A DNA stretch of 64,000 nt from Eledone cirrhosa (GCA_964016885.1 OZ024746.1:72478001-72542000), one strand, 5' to 3'; counted from the stretch's first letter, positions 1 through 14,581 are shown. The notes: a model not told the origin generated them from the sequence alone. A program made the numbers and translations.

Positions 1-519
1 TAATTATTAATTAATTCTATTAATGCCTGTGTCTGAGATATTTTAAAGTGAGGAAAGACGGTGCACTGAGCCAATCCCACTCTCTGAGTGACAGTAGCTA
101 TAACCCGAAAAGAAGAAAAGATCAACATCATCGGTAACTACTGAGCCGCAGGTTTTATATCGGAGTTATCCCAGTTTCCTGAGTTGCCTTCTCCTAGAAG
201 AATGCCCTGACAAAGGCTAGGAATACTTCGCTCCCAGTGGTTTAACCGCGCGATCGGGTGTCCAACCCGACTATTTCTATGACCCCGCGCATATACATAT
301 GTATATATGTATATACATATTTACACACTTTTGGATGGCCGTTGACTCTTATGAGTTCTTCCGCCTTTGTCAGGTTTTGTTTTTTTGTCCTGCAGGGTGT
401 CCAAAATCACCCTCCTCACCAAGTAAACTTGGTGGGGTTGCCGGCTTAGTCGCCGACGACCCGAACATGCGACAGGTTGTATTGGGTTACATGTTACCAG
501 TAGCACTCAAGAGTGACCC

Positions 520-576
<57 letters not shown>

Positions 577-580
<4 letters not shown>

Positions 581-1185
581 TTAGCGATAATTCGGCGGGT
601 AGAAATTAGCGAAACGCAACTTCCGTATTGTGCAGACAAGCGCTCCATGGATATGAAGAAGATACCAGAGCTATAAACACAAGTTAAAATTGTCATACAC
701 GCTGAGACGATGGTTAAGAAGCCATTAACCACCTTAGCCAAAAAAGCGAACAAGCTAAACGGGTCAAACAAAATGAGATATAATTGAAATAGTTACCCGG
801 ACCCTCGGGGAAGATGGAATACTCCGAAATTGGGTTCTGCAACACCTAAATCAATAATACTGTCTGCTTATAAAAAATAAGCTTTTGGTATAATGATCGA
901 ACAAGGCATCGCTTTCTCAACAGGTTTTTGTTCTTCGTGCGCCAGAATCTCACAGGTTATGAAAGCACATGTGAGGTTCTAAGGGGAGTGAATTCAGCAT
1001 GAGTAGTTATTGCAAAATTTTGCAAAAACCGCACTAAACGAATTAAGCTCTCGACCGAGTTGTTTTTAAAATGAACTTAAACGATTAATCAGTCAAAACT
1101 AAAAAGCCAAATAAAATTAACTGGTTAATCGCTTGACTTGGGAGATTAATACAAATATAAATTTAGCGAGAATCGCATTTCGGCG

Positions 1186-1186
<1 letters not shown>
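577..1186 (-). mobile_element. Non-coding PLE/retrozyme-like unit (family D1) with imperfect terminal direct repeat
   Basis: Lies between (TA)n and (TA)/(TG)n. AAATTTAGCGA..TTCGGCG occurs at 577 and again at 1159 (period 582). Shares a structured motif with 1893-2228. Confidence 0.45.
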
Positions 1187-1254
<68 letters not shown>

Positions 1255-1262
1255 TGTGTGTG

Positions 1263-1602
1263 TGTAAAAGGTAAACAGAAATAACAACACAATCGGTACA
1301 GTATATGGAAGGTATATATTAGATTAACGCTTGATATAGCAGGAAGATGGTCTTAACGTTTCGGACGCTAGTCCTTAGTGAAAAATAGACTGGTGAGAAG
1401 AAGAAGGTGGTGTAAGAAGATTGTAGTAGAAGAAAAGTGGTAGAGAGTTGTGGAATATTTAAATGCAAGAAGCCAAGAAAATTTCAAAGATTCGAAAGAT
1501 TTCCTGGTGGAAGTTCGGGTGTACTCCGAGTTGGTATCCAGTTTCGAGGTGAAAATGTAATCAGAAAATCCAACGAATTTTGAGAGGTCCACGTAAGCGT
1601 TG
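1263..1602 (-). mobile_element. PLE 3'-end remnant (family F) with decayed minimal hammerhead
   Basis: Minus strand reads GGAC-TAGC-GTCC-GAAA-CG-TT. Tail is homologous to 21626-21742. Microsatellite flanks. Confidence 0.6.
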
Positions 1603-1615
1603 ATATATATATATG

Positions 1616-1674
<59 letters not shown>

Positions 1675-1679
<5 letters not shown>

Positions 1680-1868
1680 AAATGTAAGACCCCGACGGCA
1701 GAGCTCAAGCCGTTTCGACGGCTATTTCAGTCCAGAAATAGCCGTCGAAACGGCTTCAGCTCTGCCGTCGGGGTCTTACATTTTCCTATTACCCACTCTG
1801 CTACCCTAAGTATTGAGTACTCTGGTGCGTTATGGTCCATCTGGTTCCTTACCACAACTCCTTCGTTA
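1675..1868 (+). mobile_element. Family A hammerhead-bearing retroelement 3' end with fold-back inverted repeat
   Basis: Arms 1675-1728 / 1735-1788 with loop AGTCCA. (TA)n on both sides. 8 related copies in the window. Confidence 0.85.
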
Positions 1869-1892
1869 TATATATATAAATATATATATATA

Positions 1893-2228
1893 GTAGAATA
1901 ATCGAGTATCGAAAAATCGGCGCACGAGTTCACGATAAACAAAATTCGATATGAGCGGCAGAGGGCTCAATAATTTAGATAAATCAGAGCTATAACTATC
2001 GTTAAAATACCGTCACACATAGAACAAGTCTATAATCAACCATACAACCGAAAAATTGCGATCTGGAAGATTCGGGACACTCAGATAAAAAATCAATAAA
2101 TCAATAAATCAAATGAATGTAAAAAGCATACCCGGACCCGCTAGAAAGATGGTAAATCTAGCTTCTTGGGTTTCTGTAAATCCTTAAACTGTCCTCTATC
2201 AGCTCACATAAAAATATATAAGACATAC
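1893..2228 (-). mobile_element. Non-coding unit (family D2), distant relative of D1
   Basis: Shares AGAGCTATAA and TACCCGGACCC..AAGATGG..TTGGGTT motifs with 577-1186. TA flanks. Confidence 0.45.
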
Positions 2229-2249
2229 AGAAAAAAATATATATATATA

Positions 2250-2637
2250 ATTGTTTCTACTTTTGGCACAAGGCCAGCAATTACCCAGTGCATTACTGGT
2301 ACTTGATTTTATCGACTCCGTAAGGATGAAAGGCAAAGTTAACCTCGGCGGGATTTGAACTCAGATCATACAGGGAGGTAACTCTATGCTTCAAAGCATG
2401 GCATCCGACCTTCTACCGATACTGCCAATCCACCGCCTTATATATATATATAATTGTTTCTACTTTTGGCACAAGGCCAGCAATTACCCAGTGCATTACT
2501 GGTACTTGATTTTATCGACTCCGTAAGGATGAAAGGCAAAGTCAACCTCGGCGGGATTTGAACTCAGATCATAAAGGGACGTAACTATGCTGGAAAGCAT
2601 GGTGTCCAACCCTCTACCGATACTGCCAACCACCGCC
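2250..2637 (-). mobile_element. Two tandem tRNA-derived SINEs (2250-2437, 2452-2637)
   Basis: Minus strand has A-box-like TGGCAGTATCGG, B-box GAGTTCAAATCC and core GCCTTTCATCCTTACGG.GTCGATAAAAT (Meta/MESC-domain-like, from memory). More than 14 copies in the window. Confidence 0.85.
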
Positions 2638-3054
2638 ATTATATATATATATAATACATGGTTATCAGTATAATAATATTGAGAGAGAGATTTTTTTTTT
2701 TCAGTTTATCTGTTACTGCATAGAAGCTTAAAGTTTAATAGAGAAAAACAGGAGGAATGAAAGGAAGGTGAAATGAAAGGAAGGTGAAATGAAAGAATGT
2801 GATGACTCCTAGAAACGACTGATGAATGTGTGATAAATAATCACTGCGATGAACGTTGAAGATAATTGAAAATATGATGAATGTTTAATGATAGAGATGG
2901 AGTTAGTAAGGGTGTCTGACTGGCTGACTGGCTGGTAATAAATTAAAAACCTCATAAATGACCGGTAAATAAACACATACATATATACTCGTACACACAG
3001 TTTCATACATATACTCGCACACACTTTACAGGCCCACATGCTCGCGACGTACAC

Positions 3055-3130
<76 letters not shown>

Positions 3131-3425
3131 GCAAACACAATCCTTCATACACACATACACATACATAAATACATACACACACTTTCACCCACACAAACAC
3201 TCTGCCCATTTACAAACACTCTCACACACTCACATACTCACACACTCTGACCCCCCCCCCACACACACACACATACACACACACACATCCATTTACACAC
3301 CACAAAAGAAAATCACAATAAACAAGATTTTTTCAGAACGCCAAACCAAATAAACCAAATTATTAATATTATTATTACTATATTCACCTTCTCTCTCTCT
3401 AATCTGACTTTTTCGAATATTAATA

Positions 3426-3613
3426 ATTGTTTCTACTTTTGGCACGAGGCCAGCAATTATCCAGTGCATTACTGGTACTTTATTCTATCGACCCCGGAAG
3501 GATGAAAGGCAAAGTTAACCTCGGCGGGATTTGAACTCAGATCATACAGGGAGGTAACTCTATGCTTCAAAGCATGGCATCCGATCCTCTACCGATACTG
3601 CCAATCCACCGCC
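3426..3613 (-). mobile_element. tRNA-derived SINE with 16-bp TSD
   Basis: Same SINE family. TTCGAATATTAATAAT at 3412-3427 and 3614-3629. Confidence 0.9.
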
Positions 3614-3914
3614 TTCGAATATTAATAATAACATTCGATTCGTTTGCAATTATGCAAACAAGCCTCAATTTTATAGCCATGTCAGTAGAATGAACCCTTC
3701 ATTCTTGCTCTTGTGTTGGCATGTGAACAGAACTGCAGACACTAATGTTTCTGGGTATCACCCTTCAATTTTCTTTTATATATATATATATATTTATATA
3801 TATTGGTAAACGGAATAGAAAATGCTGACAAATTGTTCACAGTGAAAAATAGTTTAATTAGGAATAAGTGAGAATTAGTAATAGTATTGGTTAGTATTCA
3901 GTTTTGGTTTTAAG

Positions 3915-3950
3915 TTTTACCGGTTGCGCATTTCTAATGCTTTTCAAAAA
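3915..3950 (-). ncRNA. Variant minimal hammerhead (U3-A8 core, GCAA instead of GAAA)
   Basis: Minus strand: ttt TTGAAAA gcatt-aga-aatgc GCAA ccgg TA aaa, inside a TA-flanked insert (3803-3988). Stem I is weak. Confidence 0.45.
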
Positions 3951-3982
3951 TAATTTTAAGATAGAGCGTACGTGATGTTTGT

Positions 3983-4020
<38 letters not shown>

Positions 4021-5880
4021 TACACAATTACATGCGAAAGAATGTGACTATTGGATCAGACATCAATCAATATCTGATTATTTCAAAAGTCGTTCTACTT
4101 TAAAACCAATTTACTGATTTATCTAGTTCCAATTGCTTTTTAAATAAATAAATAAAAACTGTCTACACTTAGTGCTAAAGTAGTAGTTACAGGAAATGCG
4201 TAACAAATACTTATTTACTTCTGGAGAAAGAAAAAACAATGTTTTAGTTGTATTTAAAATGTCGTCTGGTTAATCAAATCATTTCTGTTAATTTGTTTTG
4301 AGAAACTATTTTGGTTAATGCTTTCTTTGTAGAAAAAAAAACGTTAATGTTGGCTTGAACCAGTAGAAGAAGAATAGCGTGTTCTTCATTTCCATTTATT
4401 GATATGACTCCTTTGACTCCTTTGATAGCAAACTGCCTAAAGGTCCTCTTTGGATCTACTATACAAAACGCTACAATCGTATACCACCTTTTTCAGGCCT
4501 TTGACTTATGGATGTATTGATTTCTACCTGACTATATGTCAACCAACAACAAGTTGATACTAAACCCCCTGAAACTACCTCTGTTTCTATGATACAAAGC
4601 TACATATATTAAAGTGCTTATATTTATCTAAAAGCTTACAACTATAATTTTATGTAAAACCTGTTGTTAAGTTATGTTCCAAACACCAGCTTACTAATGC
4701 AAATGTTAATTTTCTTTTTATTTGTCACCAGGGCATCAAAAAGTGGGACAAGTACAATGGGGGGGGGGTTACATAAAAAGGTGTCCTCAATAAGGAGGAG
4801 GCAATAACAAGATATAAAAAATAATATATAAAATATAACAAAAATAAATTTAATAACAAAATCCTCAATAGGGAGGAGGCGTCTTGGGGGGTCGCACACA
4901 CCCCCGAAAAAGGTGTGCAACCCTTCTCCTCAGGAGCACGGAGCACAGAGAGGGGGGTGCTCCCTTGATCTTTCATCTTCATCCTAATTACATTACTAAA
5001 TCCCTCCAAATTCTTGAATAATTTTTTAATGATTTGAAAATCATAGGTAGCGTAGCATCTTTCATCAGAAATATGGTGATGAAAGTGTTCACATGATACA
5101 AAACTGTTTATAAAATATTTATATTTATCTAAAAGCATTCCATTATAATTTTATGTAAGAAATTTGTTAGATTGTATTCCAAACACCAGCTTTATTATGA
5201 AAATGCTCTATGACTAAATCCCTCCAAATTCTTTATTAACCAACGGAAGGTTCATTAACATCAGGTGTTGGCGCCTGTATGTGTTTGTGTTTGGCGAGTA
5301 ATGTTTCTGTTTATGCTTGTCTTTCTGTGTCATATGGTATATATTTCCTATATACACATGATGTGTTTAGAGCACATCCGTATGAGCGAGCACGATTCTT
5401 GGCTGAAAGGGTGTGTATGAAGCTATATTAATATACGAACGGATATTAAGAATAAAAGAATTATAGGATATACACAAAAGAACATCGCTGCAATATATTC
5501 GGTGAATTCCTGGTTGTCTTTTGTTAATAATGAACGAACACGAATCATAATATAATATGGAATTGTTAATATTGCAATGTAAAACCGAGGGCGAATTATT
5601 ATGCATGAAATATACCAATACAGACCTTGTACTACAGAAAAATATGTACAGTGTGTGTAATACAAGTTACCAACTAATTTCACAATTACTGATCCTCACA
5701 GAGAACAGCTTTAACATAATATGCACACAAACACAAGAATGTTATTTTCGAAGAGGAATTGAAAAGAGAACATTAATATATATATATTCATATATATACA
5801 TATATATATACATACATACATACATACATACATACATACATACATACATACATACATACATACATACATACATACATACA

Positions 5881-5911
<31 letters not shown>

Positions 5912-6114
5912 CTATATGTATGTATGTGTATTTCTATATATACACATTTTTTTTTTCATATATATTAAAGTGATTTTCATCGTCATTTTTTTTAATATTT
6001 TCTGTTATTTTTTTTTATTATTGCTGTTTGTCTCATTTCTTTCTATCTTCCTTTATAACTAGTTCAAAAATCGGTGAATACAAAATAAATTTAACAAAAA
6101 CCCTCAAATATATA

Positions 6115-7200
6115 TATTGCTTTTTGATGAGGTTGATATTTAGCCCATACAATTTCAGGTCATCGACAAAGAAAAGATGGGAGATAATTCTGGATCCATT
6201 TCTATGACCACTATGTTTTGTGAGCAGGCATAATAGTGAGTTTAATGAAAGGACGAAGTTATCACCCTGAAAAATGTCTTTTTTATAGTGAATGCTATCA
6301 GACTCAATTTGTACCTTATCACTCCTAAGGAGCAAAGTAGTGTACCCAGTTTTAGTCAAGTTTTTGATAGCAGCTGCTACTGGTTGTGGGACTTCGACTA
6401 ACTGTAAAGTTTTGATAATCTACCTATGTGGTATACTATCAAAAACCTTCTGTCAGTCCAGCCACACTACGATTAAATTCCTGCAATTCTTCACTGTCTT
6501 CCTTGACTCATGTTGTTAATTAGTAGTTGCTCTATACAGTTCCATACTTTCTTCTTTCCCCCAACTTGTTGAGGTGTTATAATGTTTTTGGTGGCACAAT
6601 GATCCTGCAAGAGCAGATTGAGGCATTCCGTGTATAAAATTTATACATGATGTTCTGGCACGCTATTTGGCGATAATTTATAGCAAAGGTGGTCAGTGGT
6701 TCATTGGGGGTGGGTGGATGTAGTGGCAATTGATAACCATAGGAGAAGTTCTTGTGTGCCCTTGATACTTCTTCCGTAGAACCGTATGAGATCTCGCCGA
6801 TAAAAGGTGAAATTCTTCAGTCAGTACCCTGTTACGAGGTCGGAGCCCGGAAATTTCCTGTTTGACATTTTCTGTAGAGCTGTTTCCAGTATTGCGCCGT
6901 CTATTTCATATTGCTTTTGCTAGAGATTCTGGCAATAGCCCTACTCCAGTTCTTTTAGCTTGTTTGTTGAATTCACCATTTGTTTCCCATACAAACCTCC
7001 AGTGGCTCTCAACCTGATCTTTTGTCGCGGTGTCTTTTACAGAGATTAAACCTTTCGCATTAAAGCGAGGATAGATTGACGAGGGATCTCAAGCAAAAAA
7101 CGTATCCGGTGTTTGCCGTATATACGCTGGAGTTTTCAGCTGTAACTGGGAATTATTTCAGCTGGTGTGGTTTGGAGTTTAGAGTTTTAAATCTTGTTTC
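6115..7200 (-). pseudogene. Degenerate R4/Dong-like non-LTR retrotransposon RT fragment
   Basis: Motifs IFQGD, ISHLFFVDDLKLY and WLD*QKVFDSIPH, broken by stops and frameshifts. Boundaries approximate. Confidence 0.8.
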
Positions 7201-8717
7201 TCCAAATCGCCTCTTTTGATTTTTTTTTTTCGGCGGAGAAAAGGAGGGGTTTTCCTGGTGTCATGTGAAATTGTTCTCTGTGTTATATTTCATAACTACA
7301 ACGATCTGTGAGATTTGTGTACAATGATTGTAGTCACGATTTGGTCGAAAGAATATGTGCTGAGCTATGATGATTTTGTTAATTCACTGATATTTGTATT
7401 TATTTTGCAAAATAGACGATGATCTTCTTTAAAAGTATCTCAAAAGTGGTCGATATCGACACCAGGAGATTTATGAGGCTGTTCAAAAGATTGATTGACC
7501 TTTAATAAAACCTGATATTAGTATAGAAAATTAAAATACATAAAAACTTGTTTATACAATTTTTTTATTTATAAATTATTAGTCTTTATTGACTATGTAT
7601 TTTATCATCTGTTTACTGATTTATTTATTAACTTATTTATTTCTATATGTGATTGGGATTGATGAATAGGTTAAAGATTCAATAAAGGGAGGTCCTTGTT
7701 CTGAGGGTTTTTATTGTGTGATTCTCATGTTCTGGTTACGACATCTCTACGGTAGTTTTCTCGCAGAAGAATCATTTGTATGAATAGATTCTTTAATATG
7801 ATTGCGCAGTTTGCAAACAGGGTTTCACTTCACAGGGACAGATAGACGGACAGAGAATGAGATTCCACTTACCTACATGACAAAAAATTAAAAAAGGAGT
7901 CGTTGGTCAGATTATACGAACGAAATAGTTTCTATTGGTCTTAACATTTTTAATATGAAATGCTGATTGTAACTCATGCCAGAAGTGTCACTGCTATACT
8001 GGTGACAGAAGACGGGATTCGAACTTAAAACGTGCACAACTGGAAGTGAAACCGCAAAGTATCCCGTGCAACTGGCACTTTTTTATTTGATCCCAAGGGC
8101 TCACTTCGGCGGAATTTGAACTCAAAACACAGAGAACCGGATCAAATTCCCAGGAATTTAATCCAACGTTGTTTAATTCACCGCCTACATGAAAGCTGTT
8201 CTACCTTCTTACATGATAACTGCCCTACCTTCCTGTATGAAAACTGTCAATATAAATCCCAAGCATGGCTAACATTTTTCTTTTCGTCTTCGCATGATTT
8301 TACTTGTTTATGCTATAATTCGCTATATTTTTTGCTGTTTAGATTGTATACAACTATTTTATTACTTGTAGTTTTCATATTGTCATATATCTATTTTATT
8401 ACGTATATTTTATTATTTATAACAATTTTACTACATTCATTATATTATAAATAACTATAATGTTACATTATATTATATAACTATATAACTATTTTACTAC
8501 ATCTATTTTATTATACATGACATTTATGCATTTATATTATTGTATAGTTTCACAATATTTTTATTTGTAGTTTACTCACACGAAGGAGAGAATAAAATAT
8601 TTCATTTTTAAAAATCATCATGGCTGACGCATCATCGAAAAGGTTGGTGTGTGGTTAACTTTTTGTGTATGCGTATGTATGTTTATATCTTTGCGTGAAT
8701 AATAGTTTGCACACACA

Positions 8718-8806
<89 letters not shown>

Positions 8807-8862
8807 TATATATATATATATATATATTACATATATATACATATATATTTATTTATATACAT

Positions 8863-8901
<39 letters not shown>

Positions 8902-9516
8902 TATAATATATATGAATATATATGAATATATAAGTGTGTTTGTGTATGCGTGTGTTTGTGTGAGTATGTGTGCGTATATGTGTATTTACATATGACATAT
9001 ATAACAAATTCTTGAAAAATCTTTCGTTTAAATCTAAACACATTCACATACACTCACACATACACATGCGCATGCGCTCAAATGTACTGTTTCTATACTT
9101 CGATGATTATTGCTTATATAATTATTTATTTATTTCATTGTTCGATATTAGTGGGCTTTTATTTTGTTGTTTTTGTGGATTTTTTTGTTTGTGTGTTTGT
9201 TTGTTTATCTCATTTTGTTATTTAGTTGGAAAATTTTCTTCTGTGTTTGTATATATGTACGATAAATATTGTATGTTTATATATGCGTATGTTTGTTCTG
9301 CAAATATATGTATGATTAGTAAATTTATGTATTTCTATGCGTGTGTATGTATGGAAAATATTATGTGTATGTATGTACGGTAAATATTGTAGGTGTGTTT
9401 ATATATGTGTGTATGTATGTACGGAAAAGATTATATGTACGTTTATATATGTATGTACGGTAAATATTGTATGCATATATGCTTCTATATGTACGGTAAT
9501 GTATGTATATTCAGTT

Positions 9517-9565
<49 letters not shown>

Positions 9566-9717
9566 GTGGATCATAAACTATTGACATAGTGGCGCCACAC
9601 TCTGGGATTATGATTAGATTTAATTTCGAAAAGGGGAAATAAATTTCGCTTGAAAAATTTCAATTTTTCGTATTTTTTTCCTTCCATTTTTTTTTCTTTT
9701 GTATGACTCTCTTTCTC

Positions 9718-9752
<35 letters not shown>

Positions 9753-9775
9753 CTCTCGCTCTATCTATCAATCTG

Positions 9776-9826
<51 letters not shown>

Positions 9827-9854
9827 CCGCTCTCTCTAATCTTTATGTCTCTCC

Positions 9855-9957
<103 letters not shown>

Positions 9958-10179
9958 GTCTGTCTCTATTGTTTGCTATTGTTGTTGTTATTGATGATGA
10001 TGATGATGATGATGAGGATGCTGATCCTACTACAGTTATTCTTGTTGGTAATATTATTGTTCCTATTGCATTTAATGCTAGGATTATTGGTACTGTAGTT
10101 GTGTTGTGTGTTTGTGTCTGTCTGTGTGTGTGTCTCTCTCCCTCTCTCTCTCTCTCTGTCTCTCTCTGTCTCTTTCTCT

Positions 10180-10265
<86 letters not shown>

Positions 10266-10533
10266 GTCTGCGCGCACGTGCTCATGTGTGTGTGTGTTTT
10301 TATTGTTGTTTTTTACAATTTCTGTTGTGAATGCTCACTCTCTAGTGATTAGAGAGTTACATTCACAATTAGAAAGTCGTAGGTTCTATTCTCGGACTGG
10401 AATGCTTGTTGTATCCTTGGGCAAGATAGTTTGTTATTTCAAATTGATGTAGTTGACTCAGATTAAACAAAATGGCTGCCAATATCAGCAGCGAAGTACT
10501 GGCGTCTCTTCCAGGGTAGTATTATATTCTCAG

Positions 10534-10694
10534 AGGGTCGGACGCCATGCTTTCCAGCATAGTTACGTCCCTTTACGATCTGAGTCCAAATCCCGCCGAG
10601 GTTGACTTTGCCTTTCATCCTGACGGGGGTCGATAAAATAAAGCACCAGTAATGCACTGGGTAATTTGCTGGCCTTGTGCCTAAAGTAGAAACA
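10534..10694 (+). mobile_element. 5'-truncated tRNA-derived SINE with 13-bp TSD
   Basis: ATTATATTCTCAG at 10521-10533 and 10695-10707. Confidence 0.9.
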
Positions 10695-11234
10695 ATTATA
10701 TTCTCAGTTGCTTAACGCTGATGAAACCGGGATAAGATCTGGTCGGATGAGCTTCTGGAGCTCCAGACAGATTCTCCTCCGAGGCCGCGGGAGGCGGCGG
10801 CCATTCCGCCGGAGCCGCGGCGGGGCAGCCAGCGCATTCCCCCCCCCCCCTACCCCCACCCCCACCCCCACCCCCCATTTGCTCATGATAGATAGAGTGA
10901 GAGATGGGAAGAGTGGGAGAGACGGAGGCGGTGACAGTGGAAGTTTGTTTCCTTTGTGTTCGGATCTGGTGCATATGTTTCAAGGACAGATATCAAGTAG
11001 AGTAATCACATCTGAACTACGAGGATCTAACATTACTATTGATTCTGACTTGAACTATTATTGTTTTCTGTCGTTTAAATTGTTACTTATGTCTCAATTG
11101 CTGCTGTGGATTGATTTCTTTTCTTTATTATCCTTGTCGTTGCTATTGTAGCTATTATCACTAATGTTATGGCTGCTGTTTGCATAAGTGTATTTATGCA
11201 TATATATTGCAAACTTGACTGTCACCACTGAATA

Positions 11235-11273
11235 TGAACCTGAAGATTGCGAAAGCATGAAAGTACTTGTTCA
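11235..11273 (+). ncRNA. Minimal type I hammerhead ribozyme
   Basis: tgaac CTGAAGA t-tgc-gaaa-gca-t GAAA gtac TT gttca: 5-bp stem I, intact core, palindromic stem III. About 160 nt upstream of a (TA)n tract. Confidence 0.75.
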
Positions 11274-11424
11274 AGTAACATTTAACACTTAATATTCTAC
11301 CATAATATTTCATTATAATACCATTATAATTTTAAAGGATTGTAAATAAAACGAGTAAATCAGACAAAGTTGGAATTTCTTTTATTAATATAATCTTCTA
11401 TACACAATCATACACACCCGTGTA

Positions 11425-11470
<46 letters not shown>

Positions 11471-11486
11471 TAAATACACTTAGTAA

Positions 11487-11526
11487 ATGTGTATATGTAT
11501 ATATGTATATGTATATATGTATATGT

Positions 11527-11559
<33 letters not shown>

Positions 11560-11644
11560 TATATGTATATGTATATATGAATATGTATATATGTATATGG
11601 ATATATGTATATATGTATATGTATATATGTATATGTATATATGT

Positions 11645-11677
<33 letters not shown>

Positions 11678-11870
11678 TATGGATATATGTATATATGTAT
11701 ATGTATATATGTATATGGTATATGTATATATGTATATGTTTATATATATATATGTATATATGGATATGGATATATGGATGTATGTATAGATGTATATGTG
11801 TATATGTATATAGGTATATGTATATGTGTATATGTGTATATGTGCATATGTATATGTATATATGGATATA

Positions 11871-11921
<51 letters not shown>

Positions 11922-12432
11922 ATATGTATATATGTATATGTATATATGTATATGTATGTGTATATATGTATATGGTATATGTATATATGTATATGTTTAT
12001 ATATATATGTATATATGTATATGGATATATGTGTATATGTATATATGTATATGTGTATATGTGTATATGTATATATGTATATGTATATATGTATATGTAT
12101 ATGTATATATGTATATGTATATATGAATATGTATATATGTATATGGATATATGTATATGGATATATGTATATATGTATATGGTATATGTATATATGTATA
12201 TGTTTATATATATATATGTATATATGTATATGGATATATGGATATATGTATATGTGTATATATATATATACATATATATGTGTATATGTATATATGTATA
12301 TGTATATATGTATATGTATATGTATGTGTATATATGTATATGGTATATGTATATATGTATATGTTTATATATATATGTATATATGTATATGGATATATGG
12401 ATATATGTATATGTATATATGTATATGCATAT
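11487..12432. repeat. Compound (TATATG)n-like satellite
   Basis: Direct reading of the sequence. Confidence 0.95.
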
Positions 12433-12498
12433 ATGGAGAGAGTGTTTTTATATGTGCACATGATATGTGTGTGTATGTGTGGAAAGAGGGATAGATAA

Positions 12499-12587
<89 letters not shown>

Positions 12588-12984
12588 CAGGTAGACACAT
12601 AGCTAAATAGAAACAGAAATAAAGAATGTAGAGGAACAGGTGAGGGTATCTACTTTGCAGTAGAAGTTTCAAATAACGGTAGAGAAAATGATAGGCTAAT
12701 CGATATCTAAGTTTGTATGTGTTTATTTATTTATTTCCGTATATTTTGGTATACTAAAACTATACAGCTTCATGAATTTTAGATTTACTATTCTCTTTTT
12801 CAGACAGTTTTAGATTATTTTGGAATATTTTAGACTCTAAAAACTATTTTGAGATGTTATAGGCTTCGGATATAAAACATAGTTTGGATAACATTAGCTG
12901 TACAACATGGTGGTATGGGTTGTTGTTGTTTTTCATATAATGGCTGTACAATAATATTTATTAATTTTGTTAGCAATGTCATGT

Positions 12985-13233
12985 TTTACCGGTTGAATTA
13001 TCACACTTCCTCTTATGTTTTACATTGAACACAACACTATAAAGGAAGTCTCATGTTTAACTTCTTTATTCTATGTTTTTTTACCGGTTGAATTATCACA
13101 TTGAACACAACACTATAAAGTAAGTCTCATGCCTCATGTTTAACCTCTTTATTCTATGGTTTTTACCGGTTGAATTATCACATTGAACACAACACTATAA
13201 AGGGAGTCCCATGTTCAACCTCTTTATTCTATG
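12985..13233. repeat. Three imperfect ~80-95 bp tandem repeats (ACCGGTTGAATTATCACA..CACTATAAAG)
   Basis: Unit recurs at about 12988, 13083 and 13165. Confidence 0.85.
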
Positions 13234-13618
13234 GGTTTTTTTAAAGATTTTTCATACAAGAATGTGTCCCTCAAAACAGCTATAGTGAAACAATTCAGTT
13301 TGCAGACGACACGAGAGTGGAACATATTGAGTGACGTCACAGCAATGGTGATTCAAGCAAACTCCTGAAATTTGCGATAAAACAGAAATGATTGATGTAC
13401 TATGGCGAGAGCATCAGTGGTTATAGTTAACAAACAGTTAGTTTGTCTGTGTGTGGTAGATAGATAGGTAGGTAGGTAGGTAGGTAGGTAGGTAGGTACC
13501 AATGACACTCAATGTAATTTTTCGATTCAACAAGCAGATAATATTTTTTACAAACTATAGCTTATATACAAAGAAGAAAGGAAAACAGAAATTCAACACT
13601 CAAACAATATACGTACGT

Positions 13619-14146
<528 letters not shown>

Positions 14147-14200
14147 GGGGGGAAGAAAGAAGAGAAAATAGACGAAATATACCTAATTTTTTTCTTCTAA

Positions 14201-14289
14201 GTCCCGACTGTACAGTTTCGCTGTGTGGTATGCAGCCAGAGTGCAACAAAATGTACCAGGGCCGTGAGGTTATCGGCTTTTCAAGAGAC
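14201..14289 (-). ncRNA. Type I hammerhead, U3-A8 core, long stem II
   Basis: Minus strand: gtctc TTGAAAA gc..(~55 nt)..gc GAAA ctgtacag TC gggac. Confidence 0.65.
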
Positions 14290-14370
14290 CAAACAATGAA
14301 AGGGCGAATTCTTGAACTGACCGTTACAAGTGAAAAATTCTCGGAAGAGAGAACTATCATGTGCTACAGC

Positions 14371-14408
<38 letters not shown>

Positions 14409-14411
<3 letters not shown>

Positions 14412-14504
14412 AACAATTTTGTTCCTATTACCCACTCTACTACCCTAAGTATTGAGTACTTTGGTGCGTTATGGTCCACCTGGCTCCTTACCACATTTCC
14501 TTCG

Positions 14505-14507
<3 letters not shown>
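14409..14507 (+). mobile_element. Short family A 3' remnant with mini fold-back (GAACAA-TT-TTGTTC)
   Basis: Homologous to 1780-1868. (TA)n on both sides. Confidence 0.85.

Positions 14508-14581
<74 letters not shown>

Noticed and set aside
130-522. LINE 5' UTR with HDV-like or twister ribozyme
   Set aside because: Minus-strand CTAGGAGAAGGCAACTC resembles RTE/R4 5' UTRs from memory, but I could not build a ribozyme fold or find an ORF.
10471-10520. Possible first exon ATGGCTGCC..CAGG|GTAGT
   Set aside because: Weak donor site, no downstream exon found, no recognisable peptide.
10711-10770. LNADETG as a pogo/Tigger DDE motif, or CTGATGA hairpin as hammerhead or SECIS
   Set aside because: No other transposase motifs. 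GAAA is replaced by GGAT, no stem I forms, and the helix is too short for a SECIS.
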